Positions 1 to 12,850 of a stretch of 64,000 nucleotides of DNA are shown in pieces. A program made the position numbers and the translations under genes. The stretch comes from Eledone cirrhosa (lineage: Eukaryota), in contig OZ024748.1 of NCBI GenBank assembly GCA_964016885.1, positions 45,136,001 through 45,200,000 on the forward strand, read 5' to 3'. The notes below the pieces were generated by a model. That model did no database searches. It saw nothing but the letters and a program-made list of their open reading frames with translations, and was not told where the DNA came from. Numbering within the stretch: the first letter of the stretch is position 1; each line of letters begins with the position of its first letter.

Positions 1-20
1 CATATATATATATATATATA

Positions 21-209
21 TAAATGAAGTATTTCCGTCGGAAAGGTACAGGAAAAAAGAGTGCTCTATGTAGGCTACAGAGCTTATTAGTTATGTAATA
101 AACAACATAAGATAATTATTTCATTTACCAGTGGTTTCTTGAAGGCAGATGTTATGTCTGTCTTCAGTCGACAGACATAACATCTGCCTTTCCGACGGAA
201 ATACTTGAC
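21..209. mobile_element. Small fold-back element in (TA)n, probable PLE pseudo-LTR remnant
   Basis: Terminal inverted repeat AAGTATTTCCGTCGGAAAGG (27-46 / 187-206) and internal inverted repeat (142-162 / 170-190). Minus strand has CTGAAGA...GAAATAATTATC. (TA)n on both sides. Confidence 0.5.
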
Positions 210-213
210 ATAT

Positions 214-291
<78 letters not shown>

Positions 292-376
292 TCATACCTA
301 AACCCCTACCACCACCCACCCGTTCGCTCCAATCCCCCAAACTGTAAAGGCCTCCCGAGTGGTCGTTTCCGCGTGA

Positions 377-476
377 GGGACGTCATCACGGAATATATGC
401 GCAGCAAGTTCAGATGGGCTGGACACGTCGCCCGGTTCACCGATAATCGGTGGACCCGCTCAGTTGCCGAGTGGTA
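377..476 (+). pseudogene. RTE-like LINE reverse transcriptase C-terminal fragment
   Basis: Translates RDVITEYMRSKFRWAGHVARFTDNRWTRSVAEWY; WAGHVAR...RWT is typical of the RT C-terminal region of RTE-type LINEs. Confidence 0.7.
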
Positions 477-489
477 TATAATATATATA

Positions 490-1247
490 TATGAAAAACA
501 AGGGGAGAAGAATACTGCATGGTTGCACATGGATTACATATTATAAAATTAGTCCCTCATTCATCGCATTAAAAATCAGATACCTCAGGTTGGTGCGAGC
601 AATAACTAAAATAAGCTATTGGGACAAGTGAAACGCGTAAAGCGAGTGAGACAAGTAAACAACAGAAGGAAAAGCAAACCGAAGGTTGGAAAAACAGCAA
701 GCAACATGTTAGTTATCCGATCAGCATAAGCTGGGTGAATTTCATGAGCGGTCAGAGAAGCAGACCGTACGCCGTGAATGCGGTGTGAGAAAGAAGGAAC
801 CCCACTACTAGCGAACGGTAGGAAGTGAGAAGGGGAGAAACAGAGAGTGAGTGAGTGGAAGTGCGAGGAAGAGGTCAGTCGAGAGAAAGTGTAACTGACA
901 GAGGGGCGAAAGAAGGTAAGAGAAACAGAGAGAACGGGGGAGCAGTAAGAGAGAAAGAGAGAAACAGATAATCGCAGTTTAGGTAAATATATATGAAAAA
1001 CAAGGGGAGAAGAATACTGCATGGTTGCACATGGATTACATATTATAAAATTAGTCCCTCATCAGTGATTTGCCAACCATCATTGGTATTTCATCGCATT
1101 AAAAATCAGATACCTCAGGTTGGTGCGAGCAATAACTAAAATAAGCTATTGGGACTAATGAAACGCGTAAAGCGAGTGAGACAAGTGAACAACAGAAGGA
1201 AAAGCAAACCGAAGGTTGGAAAAACAGCAAGCAACATGATAGTTATC
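490..1247. mobile_element. Partial tandem repeat element in (TA)n (PLE pLTR-like), homologous to 22005-22441
   Basis: 490-718 recurs at ~990-1247; the first copy has a deletion in the TCAGTGATTTG...GGTAT segment. A diverged copy lies at 22005-22441. Confidence 0.6.
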
Positions 1248-1452
1248 CATATATATAATAATAATAATAATAAAGTATATATCCTTACACGCAAAAAGCG
1301 TCTAGGGACACATGTATTGTCCAACCATATGCCAATGTGGTTCAATGGCAGGTTAATAAATTAACGAGCCAGAACATATATAATCAAGGTTTAGCAAATA
1401 AGAAAAAAGTTTCAAAATAAATTTTAAAAAATTCACTGTACTCACTATGGTT

Positions 1453-1538
1453 ACCTTTACCGAATCGGTTTCGAGTCTCAAAAATAAATGGACAGTCCTT
1501 GCGGCCTTCCATTGAAAAGATAAACTCTCGTCAGAAGT
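1453..1538 (-). ncRNA. Type-I hammerhead ribozyme with long stem II
   Basis: Minus strand: ACTT-CTGACGA-GAGTTT...AGACTC-GAAA-CCGATTCGG-TA-AAGGT. Intact core, stem III ACCGA/TCGGT, GUA cleavage triplet. Confidence 0.7.
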
Positions 1539-1846
1539 TTCTTTTCACTCGGAGAATATAAAATTCCCGAGTTCAAATTACGAACTGGCGCTATTCAAAA
1601 TTGTTCCCGAGATGAGAATGAATGATGTGGAAGCAATTCTGTCCAGTGCCGTGTGTAAAGATAGACTCCTCTTGGTCGAGATAAAATTTGGTCGTTCTGA
1701 CTGCTGCTATTTATAGTGGTAGTAGACTGACCTCCCTGCCTTTGCCTCTGCTTCTACCCTTGAAATATATATAATAAAATAAATATGGTTTTATAAATAT
1801 AGTTTCCATTTATTTAATATCATTGTATATATATATATATATATAT

Positions 1847-2172
1847 ATTAATTCAAAATATTAACAAAAATAGAAATTCTTGTGATCAAGTATATTTTAT
1901 TATACATATTTCAAAGGTACTGACTGGATCTTAACCATCTACTATGTCAGGGTATGTCATGCATCATCTTATTTTATCTGATGAGGACGTACTGTTGAAG
2001 TTAGCTCAGTACCTCTGAAATATGTATAATAAAATATACTTGATCGCAAGAAGTTCTATTTTTGTTAATATTATGAATTAATATTAATAACTCCGGAAAA
2101 CCACAAGTTGAGTGCTTCCAATCTATTGTAAATCTATTTCTTTGATTTATTCGTTGAACCTTGTTTAACCTT
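1847..2172 (+). mobile_element. Non-autonomous PLE-type HHR element (family A-like) with 5' inverted arm
   Basis: 1847-1923 is the reverse complement of 2006-2083. HHR at 1970-2036, ACTC...GAGTGCT at 2090-2116, (TA)n flanks. Confidence 0.75.
1970..2036 (+). ncRNA. Minimal type-I hammerhead ribozyme
   Basis: TATTTTAT-CTGATGA-[GGACGTACTG...CAGTACCTCT]-GAAA-TATGTA-TA-ATAAAATA. 8-bp stem I, near-palindromic minimal stem III, AUA cleavage site. Confidence 0.75.
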
Positions 2173-2193
2173 TATATATATATATATATATAT

Positions 2194-2385
2194 AAATGGC
2201 TTTTACAGGACTAGAACTGTTTCATTCGAAGAAAATCATCAGGAAATCCGACTGTCATTGTAATATGGTAGTATTTATACGTTTTCTGGTAGTAGGGGAA
2301 GGTGGTGAATGAGATGAAACAGTTCTAATCCTGTAGAAGCCATTTCTATACTAAATATTTATACTCTGCTTTGTATTGAGTACCT

Positions 2386-2387
<2 letters not shown>
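2194..2387 (+). mobile_element. HHR fold-back element (family B)
   Basis: 2194-2225 is inverted relative to 2314-2345. Minus-strand CTGATGA-TTTTCTTCGAAT-GAAACAG...CTGTA at ~2199-2245. ACTC...GAGTAC at 2363-2383. Relatives at ~4485-4535, ~24210-24300, ~30555-30756. Confidence 0.7.
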
Positions 2388-2785
<398 letters not shown>

Positions 2786-2801
2786 GTAATGAAACACTCA
2801 C

Positions 2802-2897
2802 TCGTTTGTTCAAGATTAACGGAGATTTAAAGCTTCCAAGACTTCGACTAAGAAATAAACTCCACGTGATTATTCTAACTCCACATTCTTCAAGAGA
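2802..2897 (-). CDS. Candidate internal exon of an unidentified host gene (96 nt, SLEECGVRIITWSLFLSRSLGSFKSPLILNKR)
   Basis: Acceptor TTGTTTCAG, donor GTGAGT, only the phase-0 frame is open. Unique sequence between microsatellites. No homology recognised. Confidence 0.3.
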
Positions 2898-2983
2898 CTG
2901 AAACAATATTGGCGAATGTTCCACCAGAGTGTTTAATTAGGAAAGAGAGAGGAAGTGAGAAAGAGAGGTAGATAGATAGAGAA

Positions 2984-3459
<476 letters not shown>

Positions 3460-3796
3460 GGGACGATAAATAGATATATAGAAATCTATAGTTAGGAATT
3501 ACTGGATTCTCAATATTGGTCTTATGTTGAAATAAGTTTAGTGTATGCTAGGAGAAATCGACTCTCAACGGTGATTAGCTGATACTAGCAGTAGAGACTG
3601 TTAGATGGCTGACAAAGTATGGGAGAAGAAGAGTAAATTGAATACAGTTTAGCCTTTCAACTCACCTCGTCGGAAGTAACTAGAAATGTTATCAACCAAA
3701 CATCAATAACGAAAGCCAAATAAAGAATAAAAGTTAATATTGTACTATGAGTGTATACCCGTATAGCGGTATAGCAGTATAGGTTCTTATAGTGGT

Positions 3797-3843
<47 letters not shown>

Positions 3844-3868
3844 GGTGGGAGATAGGGAGAGAGAAAGT

Positions 3869-3904
<36 letters not shown>

Positions 3905-3933
3905 TGGGGGTGGGAGATAGGGAGAGAGAAAGT

Positions 3934-4028
<95 letters not shown>

Positions 4029-4075
4029 AGCAGGCAAGTAAATAGATAGATAGAGTAGTTAAATATATATATATA

Positions 4076-4300
4076 TATTTATTAAAATAACAGATTAAAG
4101 TTTAAGCAAAGAATCGCTGCTTTCACCCTTAACGGGATCTTCTGAAACTCTTTCAGGGTGAAAGCAGCGATTCTTTGCTTAAACTCTAATCTGTTATTTT
4201 AACAAATATTTGCTCTAGGGTTCTTATATATTTGATATATATTTATCCTTATCGAGCCCTCTTTGGATTTTAGTCTTCAAATTTATTATTATTATTACTA
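4076..4300 (+). mobile_element. Fold-back PLE-type element with degenerate HHR
   Basis: 4076-4129 is inverted relative to 4155-4208. Minus strand has CAGAAGA-TCCCGTTAAGGGT-GAAAG (core U4 mutated). GCTC...GAGC variant motif at 4212-4256. Confidence 0.55.
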
Positions 4301-4487
4301 TATATATATATATATATATATAACAGGGTTGATGGAGCTGGGGGGGGGGGGGGGGCATGCCTGTTCTTCTTCCACAAATTATATTTTTCTCCCCAAACTA
4401 ACCAAACACATCTATTTGGATATACGCTAAAATTTATGTAGATGTTATGTTTATCGCATATCGAATAAACAATTCAATATAGAAATT

Positions 4488-4534
4488 GCCTCTACAGTAC
4501 TACAACTGTTTCATTCGTATTAATTCATCAGGAA
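4488..4534 (-). ncRNA. Hammerhead ribozyme-like motif (family B)
   Basis: CTGATGA-ATTAATACGAAT-GAAACAG-TTGTAGTA-CTGTA; stem III ACAG/CTGT, GUA site, weak stem I. Confidence 0.55.
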
Positions 4535-5276
4535 TATAAATACATATATATACATACATACATATATATAAATATACATATATATATAGGAAAAGACTCA
4601 GGACCCTGACGGCTGAGCTCCGGTCGTTTCGAAAATTTAAAGTAAGTGAGACTGTCACTACTCTAAAACAATAGCGTAAGGTCTTCAAAATGCTTTTAAT
4701 TAAGCACACAGTGTATTGCAAAATACACTATATATACATTCATATATATAAATTAATATGTATGTGATGAAACACAGATACCAACACATCTGTATATATA
4801 TTGCAAAAGAAAAATTTAGCCAGATTGAAGTATACTAATTATTATACTACAGTTTGTCCATATCGATTTAAAATAATAAATCAACGGAGACGAACTGTAT
4901 TGCCAAAGGGCCGTGATGTTTAGACACATTTAAATTTCAAAATCAAACCTGTTCCGTAGATAAGTTTAGATTTTAAGATCCAAATATGTTTCGAGTTAAA
5001 TAAGTGTAGGAATATCATGTCCCGCTCTCCTCAGTAAACATCCAGAGACAAATTGATATGCTTCACTTCTAAATAATTTAAAAGACTGCGTGACGCACAT
5101 GGCTTTACAGTATCTAACTAGTCTCATAACCGTACTGCTAGAAATAACAGTCGTATATATGAGGCGCTTGCAGCTCAAACTAGGAGCAGTTAAAATTAAT
5201 AAGGTAATGAATTCTTTTACAATGGAATCAGCTTATTAATTCATATATATATATATCTATTTCAGAGCACCAATTC

Positions 5277-5558
<282 letters not shown>

Positions 5559-6074
5559 GTGTATGTATATATATATGTGTATGTGTGTGTGTGAGTATGT
5601 TTGCTTTTGAAAGGGTGATTATTCAATTAAACGCCATTATTCATAAGAATATTTCTGTCAATATGTTCTTCAATATTGCTAGATTAGATACCATATAAGT
5701 ACGGACTATTTAAGAAAGACATAGTTTGAGGCTATGGAATTTCCACTACCAACTCTTCCACATTCAACCTCCATGCTCATGTTACACCCACCTATACAGG
5801 CACCCCTTATTTCCACACCTTACACCCTCTTCCACACAGCCTTCAACACGTTTCTCATCACAAATTGATACCGACACAACGGACATCAAAACAGAACTGT
5901 CTTTTACAGCTCATTTTAGTTTTAATCCAGAAGCTAAAAAACCATTACAGTTTTCTATTGCTCTCGCTAAAACCAAAATGGCGTACGACCACGATTGACA
6001 TAACAGCCATGAAATAGAAACAAATAAGAATTAACGCTACCTTCCTTGCGGCACATAAATTCAATAGTACTATA

Positions 6075-6290
6075 ACAACAACAACAACAACAACAACAAC
6101 AACGACTATAACATTAACAACAACAACAGCAGCAACAACAACAACAGTAACAGCAAGAACAACACCAATAGTAAGAAGAAGAAAAAGAAAAAGAAGAAGA
6201 AGAAGAAGAAGAAGAAGAAGAAGAAGAAGAAGAAGAAGAAGAAGAAGAAGAAGAAGAAGAAGAAGGCAAAGAAGAAGAAAAAGAAGAAGA
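6075..6290. repeat. (CAA)n and (GAA)n microsatellites
   Basis: Direct inspection. Confidence 0.9.
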
Positions 6291-6636
6291 CTTAAGCCGG
6301 GATTAATCCCTCGAACATTAAGCTATGTTCGTTAAACCCAAAATTACTCTTAAAAACTGTAAATCTCGTGCTTTCTCCCAGGAGTGTAAAACCAGAATAT
6401 AAAATTATCGTATTTAAAACGCCAATAATTCAATTCGATAAGAAACTAACTTTTAAATATCCCATTTAACGTTTTATGTTTTTTTCTTCTTCTTTACCTT
6501 GTAAAGTGATTTAATTAAAAAGATTTACAAAACAATATAACTTCTGCCTGTTTTTTTCTTGTAGTTAAAAATCTTTATTTTGGTTTTCTTTAGTTGATTG
6601 AAAATATCTTTTAGTCGAGAATATATAGGGCAACTT

Positions 6637-7145
6637 GTGAAGGCGTATGGCTTAGTGGTTAGAGCATTGGGCTTGCAGTCGAAAGACTCTGAGTTCAATT
6701 CTTGATGTGTTGTTTCCTTGAGCAAGACACTATATTTTACGTTGCTCCAGTTTATTCAGCTGTAGAAATGAGATGATAGGACTGGGGTCCCTATCATTAA
6801 ATCACCCAAGACACCCCCAACGAGATATACCTTGGAGGAGGCGAGCTAAACCTGCATAGGTGTGAGCTGTCACACACTTTAACCCTACCATGTGAAGGCG
6901 CATGGCTTAGTGATTAGAGCATTGGGCTTGCAATCGAAAGGCTGTGAGTTCAATTCTTGGACCGGGTGATGTGTTGTTTCCTTGAGCAAGACACTTTATT
7001 TCACATTTCTCCAGTTTACTCAGCTGTACAAATGAGATGATAGGACTGGGGTCCGTATCATTAAATCACCCAAGACACCTCCAACGAGATATACCTTGGG
7101 GGAGGCCAGCTAAAACTACATAGGTGTGAGCTGTAACACACCATA
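6637..7145 (+). mobile_element. Tandem pair (~255 bp unit) of a tRNA-derived SINE
   Basis: A box TGGCTTAGTGG, B box GAGTTCAATTC, conserved CCTTGAGCAAGACACT. Unit starts at 6637 and 6892. Confidence 0.75.
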
Positions 7146-7152
7146 ACAACAT

Positions 7153-7335
7153 AAAGGTAGCGAATTGGTAGAGCCATTAGAGCGTCAGATAGAATACTTT
7201 GTAGTCTTCGTTCCGGCTCTGATCTCTGAGTTCAAATCCTGTTGAAGTTAATTTTGCCTTTCATTCTTTCGAGGTGGATAAAAAAATTACCAGTCAAGTA
7301 CTGGGGTCGATTCTTCCTCTATATCTCTTTCTCGC

Positions 7336-7382
<47 letters not shown>

Positions 7383-7515
7383 GAAAGAAATCCGCTGCAC
7401 TCAGTCCTGGAGAGCTGGAGAGGGGTGGGCTCCGCCAGTCTTAAGATGCCCAAGAAACGCTGTACTGTATGTCAATGTGGCGGCGCCCCTAGGACTCTCT
7501 CAGGAATCGTAGAGA
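7153..7515 (+). mobile_element. tRNA-derived SINE (abundant family, extended tail variant)
   Basis: GAGTTCAAATCC B box, GCCTTTCAT...TACCAGT body; tail shared with ~8190-8370, ~24480-24610, ~38250-38420. Confidence 0.7.
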
Positions 7516-7648
7516 GTCTTCTTCTTCTTCTTCTTCTTCTTCTTCTTCTTCTTCTTCTTCTTCTTCTTCTTCTTCTTCTTCTTCTTCTTCGTTGTTGTTG
7601 TTGCTAGTGCTGTGTTTAAATACAAGTTCAGTGTCATTATCGAGTTGA

Positions 7649-7934
7649 GGGCGGTGGATTGGCAGTATCGGTAGAGAGTCGGACACCATGCTTTGAAGCA
7701 TAGAATTACGCCCCTTTACGATCTGAGTTCAAATCCCGCCGAGGTTAACTTTGCCTTTCATCCTTACGGGGTCGATAAAATAAAGTACCAGTAATGTACT
7801 GGGTAATTGCTGGCCTTGTGCCTAAAATAGAAACAATTATCGAGTAGAGGGTCGGATGCCATGCTTTCCAGCATAGTTACGTCCCTTTACGGTCTGAGTT
7901 CAAATCCCGCCGAGGTTAACTTTACCTTTCATCA
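7649..7934 (+). mobile_element. tRNA-derived SINE, full copy plus partial second copy
   Basis: GGCGGTGGATTGGCAG...GAGTTCAAATCCCGCCGAGGTTAACTTTGCCTTTCATCCTTACGGGGTCGATAAAATAAAGTACCAG...GGCCTTGTGCC; many copies in the window. Confidence 0.85.
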
Positions 7935-8479
7935 ACAATCGACTTATTTTACCTCTTCATTTTTTTCTGTCAAATCTACGCCTGGTTTAAGGGAAACGAT
8001 GGCCTGGTCACGGCAGGACCCCATTTGATTGATCATAGGTCAGTTTACTCGATAATTGTTTCTTCTATGACACAAGGCCAGCAATAATCCAGTACATTAC
8101 TGGTACTTTATTTTATCGACCCGGTAAGGATGACCAAGGAGACAATATTTCTATTGGTATTTCTATTAGTAATGTATAGTATGGTCCCATAACCCCAGAC
8201 AGAGTCGTAGGAGCTCCGTATTGACATACAGTGTTTCTTGGTCATTTTTAAAAAACCTGGTGGAGCCTATCTCCTCTCCAGGCCTGAATTCAGCAGATTT
8301 CTTCCAGAGAAAGATAGAAAGTAAGGGAGAGAGAGGAAATGAGATAGAGATGTAGAGGAAGAATCAACCCTAGTTCTAAACTGGTACTTTTTTTATCGAC
8401 ATCGAAAGGATGAAAGGCAAAGTTGACTTCGGCGGGATTTAAACTCAGAGAGCATAGAGGCGGAATGAATACCATAGAG

Positions 8480-9137
8480 GCGTGCTTCTCAAACTATCTG
8501 ATGTGGCGGACCGGCATTTTTTTTTTCAATGTGCCACGTACCGCTAATATTTCGTAGTAATATTAATTTATACCAGAAACGATATATATAATGAATATAA
8601 TAAAAGTTGACCATTTTTTTTATCTTCTATTTATTTTGTAAACAAATAATTGTTTCTACTTTTGGCACAAGGCCAACAATTACCCAGTGTATTACTGGTA
8701 CTTTATTTTATCGACTCCGTAAGGGTGAAAGGCAAAGTTAACCTCGGCGGGATTTGAACTCAGACCGCAAAGGGACGTAACTATGCTGGAAAGCATGGCG
8801 TCCGAAACAAATAATACAATATCAAAACATATAAATAAAGTAATAAAAAAAAATAACAAGCAGTTTATTAACACAAAAATAAAAATGATATAACCTTAAT
8901 CTTTACTAGGTGAAAGGTGAGCCTGCTTCTTCTTTGTCAGTTTATCCAGTCGTGGTTCAACTGAGGACAGTGCCACGTTCAATGGAGAATGAATATCCAT
9001 ATTATTCCTGTACTTTATCTTAATAACCAATTCCTCAAATGATTCCTTAGCATGGCCTGGAGACTGGCGCCGCGTACCGGTAGCTGATGGCTCGCTTACC
9101 GGCACCGGTCCGCGGACCACCACCTTGAGTAGCACAG
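8480..9137 (-). mobile_element. Non-autonomous hAT (Buster/Charlie-type) DNA transposon
   Basis: Imperfect TIRs GTGCTTCTCAA / TTGAGTAGCAC; 8-bp TSD CCATAGAG (8472-8479, 9138-9145) with central TA. Retains transposase C-terminus IKIKYRNNMDIHSPLNVALSSVEPRLDKLTKKKQAH (~8905-9030, -). Confidence 0.8.
8645..8805 (-). mobile_element. SINE inserted inside the hAT element
   Basis: Reverse complement of the 7649 SINE body. Confidence 0.8.
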
Positions 9138-9597
9138 CCATAGAGCATTCTCTCCAACGTTCCAACGACTCCGCCAGTTCGCCGCCTTACTATTACTAAT
9201 ACTATCAGTTATAGACATTCTGTTGAGATTCCTAATGTCAAGACTACAGTGAACCATTCTTTATTGAACCAAAAGATAAGCAACGATCTACTATTGTTAA
9301 GTAATTAGTAAACATTCTTTATTCCTTAATGGTCATCTTAATAGTGGACATTGTTAGGTCGTAGGTGATGTCTTACGCTGTTGACCTAGGGTTAAATAAC
9401 AACTATAACAACAACAGCAACATCAATGTCAACATCACCAACAAACAAACGAGAGAATGAAAGACACAGATATAGAGACAGAGAGACAGTGGCAGAGGGA
9501 TAGAGTGAGAGTGAGAGGGTGAGGGAGAGGGAGAGTGAGTGAGATAGATAGTGAGAGGGAGTGACTGAGAGAGAGAGAGAGAGTGTGTGTGAGAGAG

Positions 9598-11480
9598 TGG
9601 TGGTGGTGGTGTTGGTGGTGGTAGTGGTGTAGGTGGTGGTGGTGGTGGTGTTGGTGGTGGTGGTGTTGGTGGTGGTGGTGTTGGTGGTGGTGGTGTTGGT
9701 GGTGGTGGTGTTGGTGGTAGTGTTGGTGGTGGTGTTGGTGGTGGTGTTGGTGTTGGTGTAGGTGGTGGTGGTGGTGGTGGTGGTGGTGGTGGTGGTGGTG
9801 GTGGTGGTGTTGGTGGTGGTGTTGGTGTTGGTGGTGGTGTTGGTGGTGGTGGTGGTGGTGGTGGTGGTGGTGGTGTTGGTGGTGGTGTTGGTGGTGGTGT
9901 TGGTGGTGGTGGTGGTGGTGGTGGTGGTGGTGGTGTTGGTGGTGGTGGTGTTGTTGGTGGTGGTGTTGGTGGTGGTGGTGGTGGTGGTGGTGGTGGTGTT
10001 GGTGGTGGTGTTGGTGGTGGTGTTGGTGGTGTTGGTGGTGGTGGTGGTGGTGTTGGTGATAGTGGTGGTGTTGGTGGTGGTGTTGGTGGTGTTGGTGGTG
10101 GTGGTGGTGGTGTTGGTGGTGGTGGTGGTGGTGGTGGTGGTGGTGGTGGTGGTGGTGGTGGTGTTGGTGGTGGTAGTGGTGTAGGTGGTGGTGGTGGTGG
10201 TGTTGGTGGTGGTGGTGTTGGTGGTGGTGGTGGTGGTGGTGGTGGTGGTGGTGGTGGTGGTGTTGGTGGTGGTGTTGGTGGTGGTGGTGGTGGTGGTGGT
10301 GGTGTTGGTGGTGGTGGTGGTAGTGGTGGTGGTGTTGGTGGTGGTGGTGGTGGTGGTGGTGGTGTTGGTGGTGGTGGTAGTGGTGTAGGTGGTGGTGGTG
10401 GTGGTGGTGTTGGTGGTGGTGGTGGTGGTGGTGGTGTTGGTGGTGGTGGTGTTGGTGGTGGTGGTGGTGGTGGTGGTGGTGGTGGTGGTGGTGGTGTTGG
10501 TGGTGGTGTTGGTGGTGGTGGTGGTGGTGGTGGTGTTGGTGGTGGTGTTGGTGTAGGTGGTGGTGGTGGTGGTGGTAGTGTTGGTGGTGGTGGTAGTGTT
10601 GGTGGTGGTGGTGTTGGTGGTGGTGGTGGTGGTGGTGGTGTTGGTGGTGGTGGTAGTGGTGTAGGTGGTGGTGGTGGTGGTGGTGGTGTTGGTGGTGGTG
10701 GTGTTGGTGGTGGTGGTGTTGGTGGTGGTGGTGTTGGTGGTGGTGGTGGTGGTGGTGGTGGTGGTGGTGGTGGTGGTGGTGTTGGTGGTGTTGGTGGTGG
10801 TGTTGGTGGTGGTGGTGGTGGTGGTGGTGTTGGTGGTGGTGTTGGTGTAGGTGGTGGTGGTGGTGGTGGTAGTGTTGGTGGTGGTGGTAGTGTTGGTGTT
10901 GGTGTAGGTGGTGGTGGTGTTGGTGGTGGTGGTATTGGTGGTGGTGGTGGTGGTGGTGGTGGTGGTGGTGGTGGTGGTGGTGGTGGTGTAGTGTGGTTGT
11001 TGGTGTTGAAGATTGATGGACACATACGTTGTCATAGTGACAGCTTGTGAGAGGAAAATTCCAGACAAATGAAGATTTAACTCAAGAAACGAAATCGCTA
11101 ACTGATCTAACGTAGAGGAAGGGGCAGCGTTTGGCTAAATAGCTGGAATAGAGTAAATATTGATAATAGAAACTGGTGGTGGTGGTGTGAGGGATGATGG
11201 TGGTGTGAGTGAGGGTGGTGGTGGTGGTCGTGGTCGTGGTGTGAGGGAGTGGTGGTGGTCGTGGTGGTGTGAGGTATGGTGGTGGTGTGAGGGATGGTGG
11301 TGGTGTGTCGTCTGGTGGTGGTGGTGTGAGGGATGCTGGTGGTGGTGTGGTGAAGTATGGTGGTGGTGGTGGTGGTGTGGTGTGAGGGATGGTGGTGTTG
11401 TGATGGTGGTGTGAGGGATAGTTGTTGAGGCGGTGTGTGTTATGGTTGTGGTAGTGGTTATGATAGTGATAGTGTTGCCG
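9598..11480. repeat. Long (GGT)n microsatellite with GTT/GTA variants and degenerate flank
   Basis: Direct inspection (core 9598-10990); source of poly-T/P/V ORFs. Confidence 0.95.
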
Positions 11481-11740
11481 GCGTTTTGTTCTTATATTTT
11501 CTTTCTTTTTAACCCCAGGCCTAGCTGACGGAATCATGGTCTACCTGGGACACACACTTAAGAATTTTCAGCTACATAGAACCATGAAATATCTGGAACA
11601 TACGTCATAGTTCTCTGTGTGACGCAGTCATGGCCAAATGTTGAAGACATTCGAATCGCAATCATGAGGTCTCAGGTTTGATACAACTGTGTGACATTTT
11701 GAGTGTCTTTGACCGTAAATTGAGATAGACACAAGCTATA

Positions 11741-12292
11741 TGAGTGAGACTTAGTAAAGGGCAATCAGGTTTCTGATCCACAGTTTTAGGTTGAGCCAAG
11801 ACTTGTGAGTGAGACTTTATAGAGGGGAATCAGGTTTCTGATCCACAGTTTTAGGTTGAGCCAAGACTTGTGAGTGGGACTTAGTAAAGGGGAATCAGGC
11901 TTCTGATCCACAGTTTTAGGTTGAGCCAAGACTTGTGATTGAGACTTTATAGAGGGGAATCAGGTTTCTGATCCACAGTTTTAGGTTGAGCCAAGAATGG
12001 TGAGTGAGACTTTATAGAGGGGAATCAGGTTTCTGATCCACAGTTTTAGGTTGAGCCAAGACTGGTGAGTGAGACTTTATAGAGGGGAATCAGGTTTCTG
12101 ATCCACAGTTTTAGGTTGAGCCAAGACTTGTGAGTGAGACTTTATAGAGGGGAATCAGGTTTCTGATCCACAGTTTTAGGTTGAGCCAAGATTTGTGAGT
12201 GAGACTTTATAGAGGGGAATCAGGTTTCTGATCCACAGTTTTAGGTTGAGCCAAGACTGGTGAGTGGGAATTATTAAGGGAGAATCAGGTTG
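11741..12292 (+). repeat. 65-bp minisatellite, ~8.5 copies, inside a SINE-like element
   Basis: Unit TGAGTGAGACTTTATAGAGGGGAATCAGGTTTCTGATCCACAGTTTTAGGTTGAGCCAAGACTTG starts at 11741, 11806, 11871 ... 12261. Preceded by a degenerate tRNA-like head at ~11622-11690. Confidence 0.9.
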
Positions 12293-12850
12293 TGTGAGAC
12301 TTTGTAGAAAGGAACTAGGACTGTTACCCATAGCTTTTCGTTCAGACCACACACCACACACTACACACTACACACCACACACTACACACCACATCACAGA
12401 CCACAGACTACAGAGCACAGACCACACACTACACACCACAGACTACAGACCACAGACCACAGACCACAGACCACCCACCACTCACCACCCACCACACCAC
12501 ACCACACACCACACCACACACCACACCCCACCACCCACCACCCACCACACACAACTCCACAGACCACAGACCACACACCACACACCACACACCACACACC
12601 ACACGCCACACCACCCACCACACACCACCCACCACTCCACAGACCACAGACCACCCACCACACCACCCACCACCGGGTAATGTGTACTTGGCTGCCTCTC
12701 ACAGAATACATTCCGTTGTAAACATACATGCCATGTCTCTCTCCTCCCCCTCTTTCCCCTCTCTTCTTCAGTCAATCATGTCGGCCACGGAAATATAAAT
12801 CTTGGACAATATTGCTCCATCCTCACGTCAGACTAATCGGTTGAAAAAGC

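Larger units (their letters stand above)
8190..9190 (-). mobile_element. SINE interrupted by a hAT element
   Basis: SINE head at 9146-9190 and body at 8190-8471 are contiguous once 8480-9145 is removed. Confidence 0.7.

Noticed and set aside
4996-5178. Possible PLE thumb-domain remnant (RLVRYCKA)
   Set aside because: Similarity too short to support without a profile search.
6640-6712. tRNA gene
   Set aside because: A/B boxes present but no complete acceptor stem, and it continues into a SINE body; treated as SINE head.
11741-12292. CRISPR-like 65-bp periodicity or telomeric TTAGG
   Set aside because: Whole unit is repeated with no variable spacer; TTAGG occurs once per unit only.
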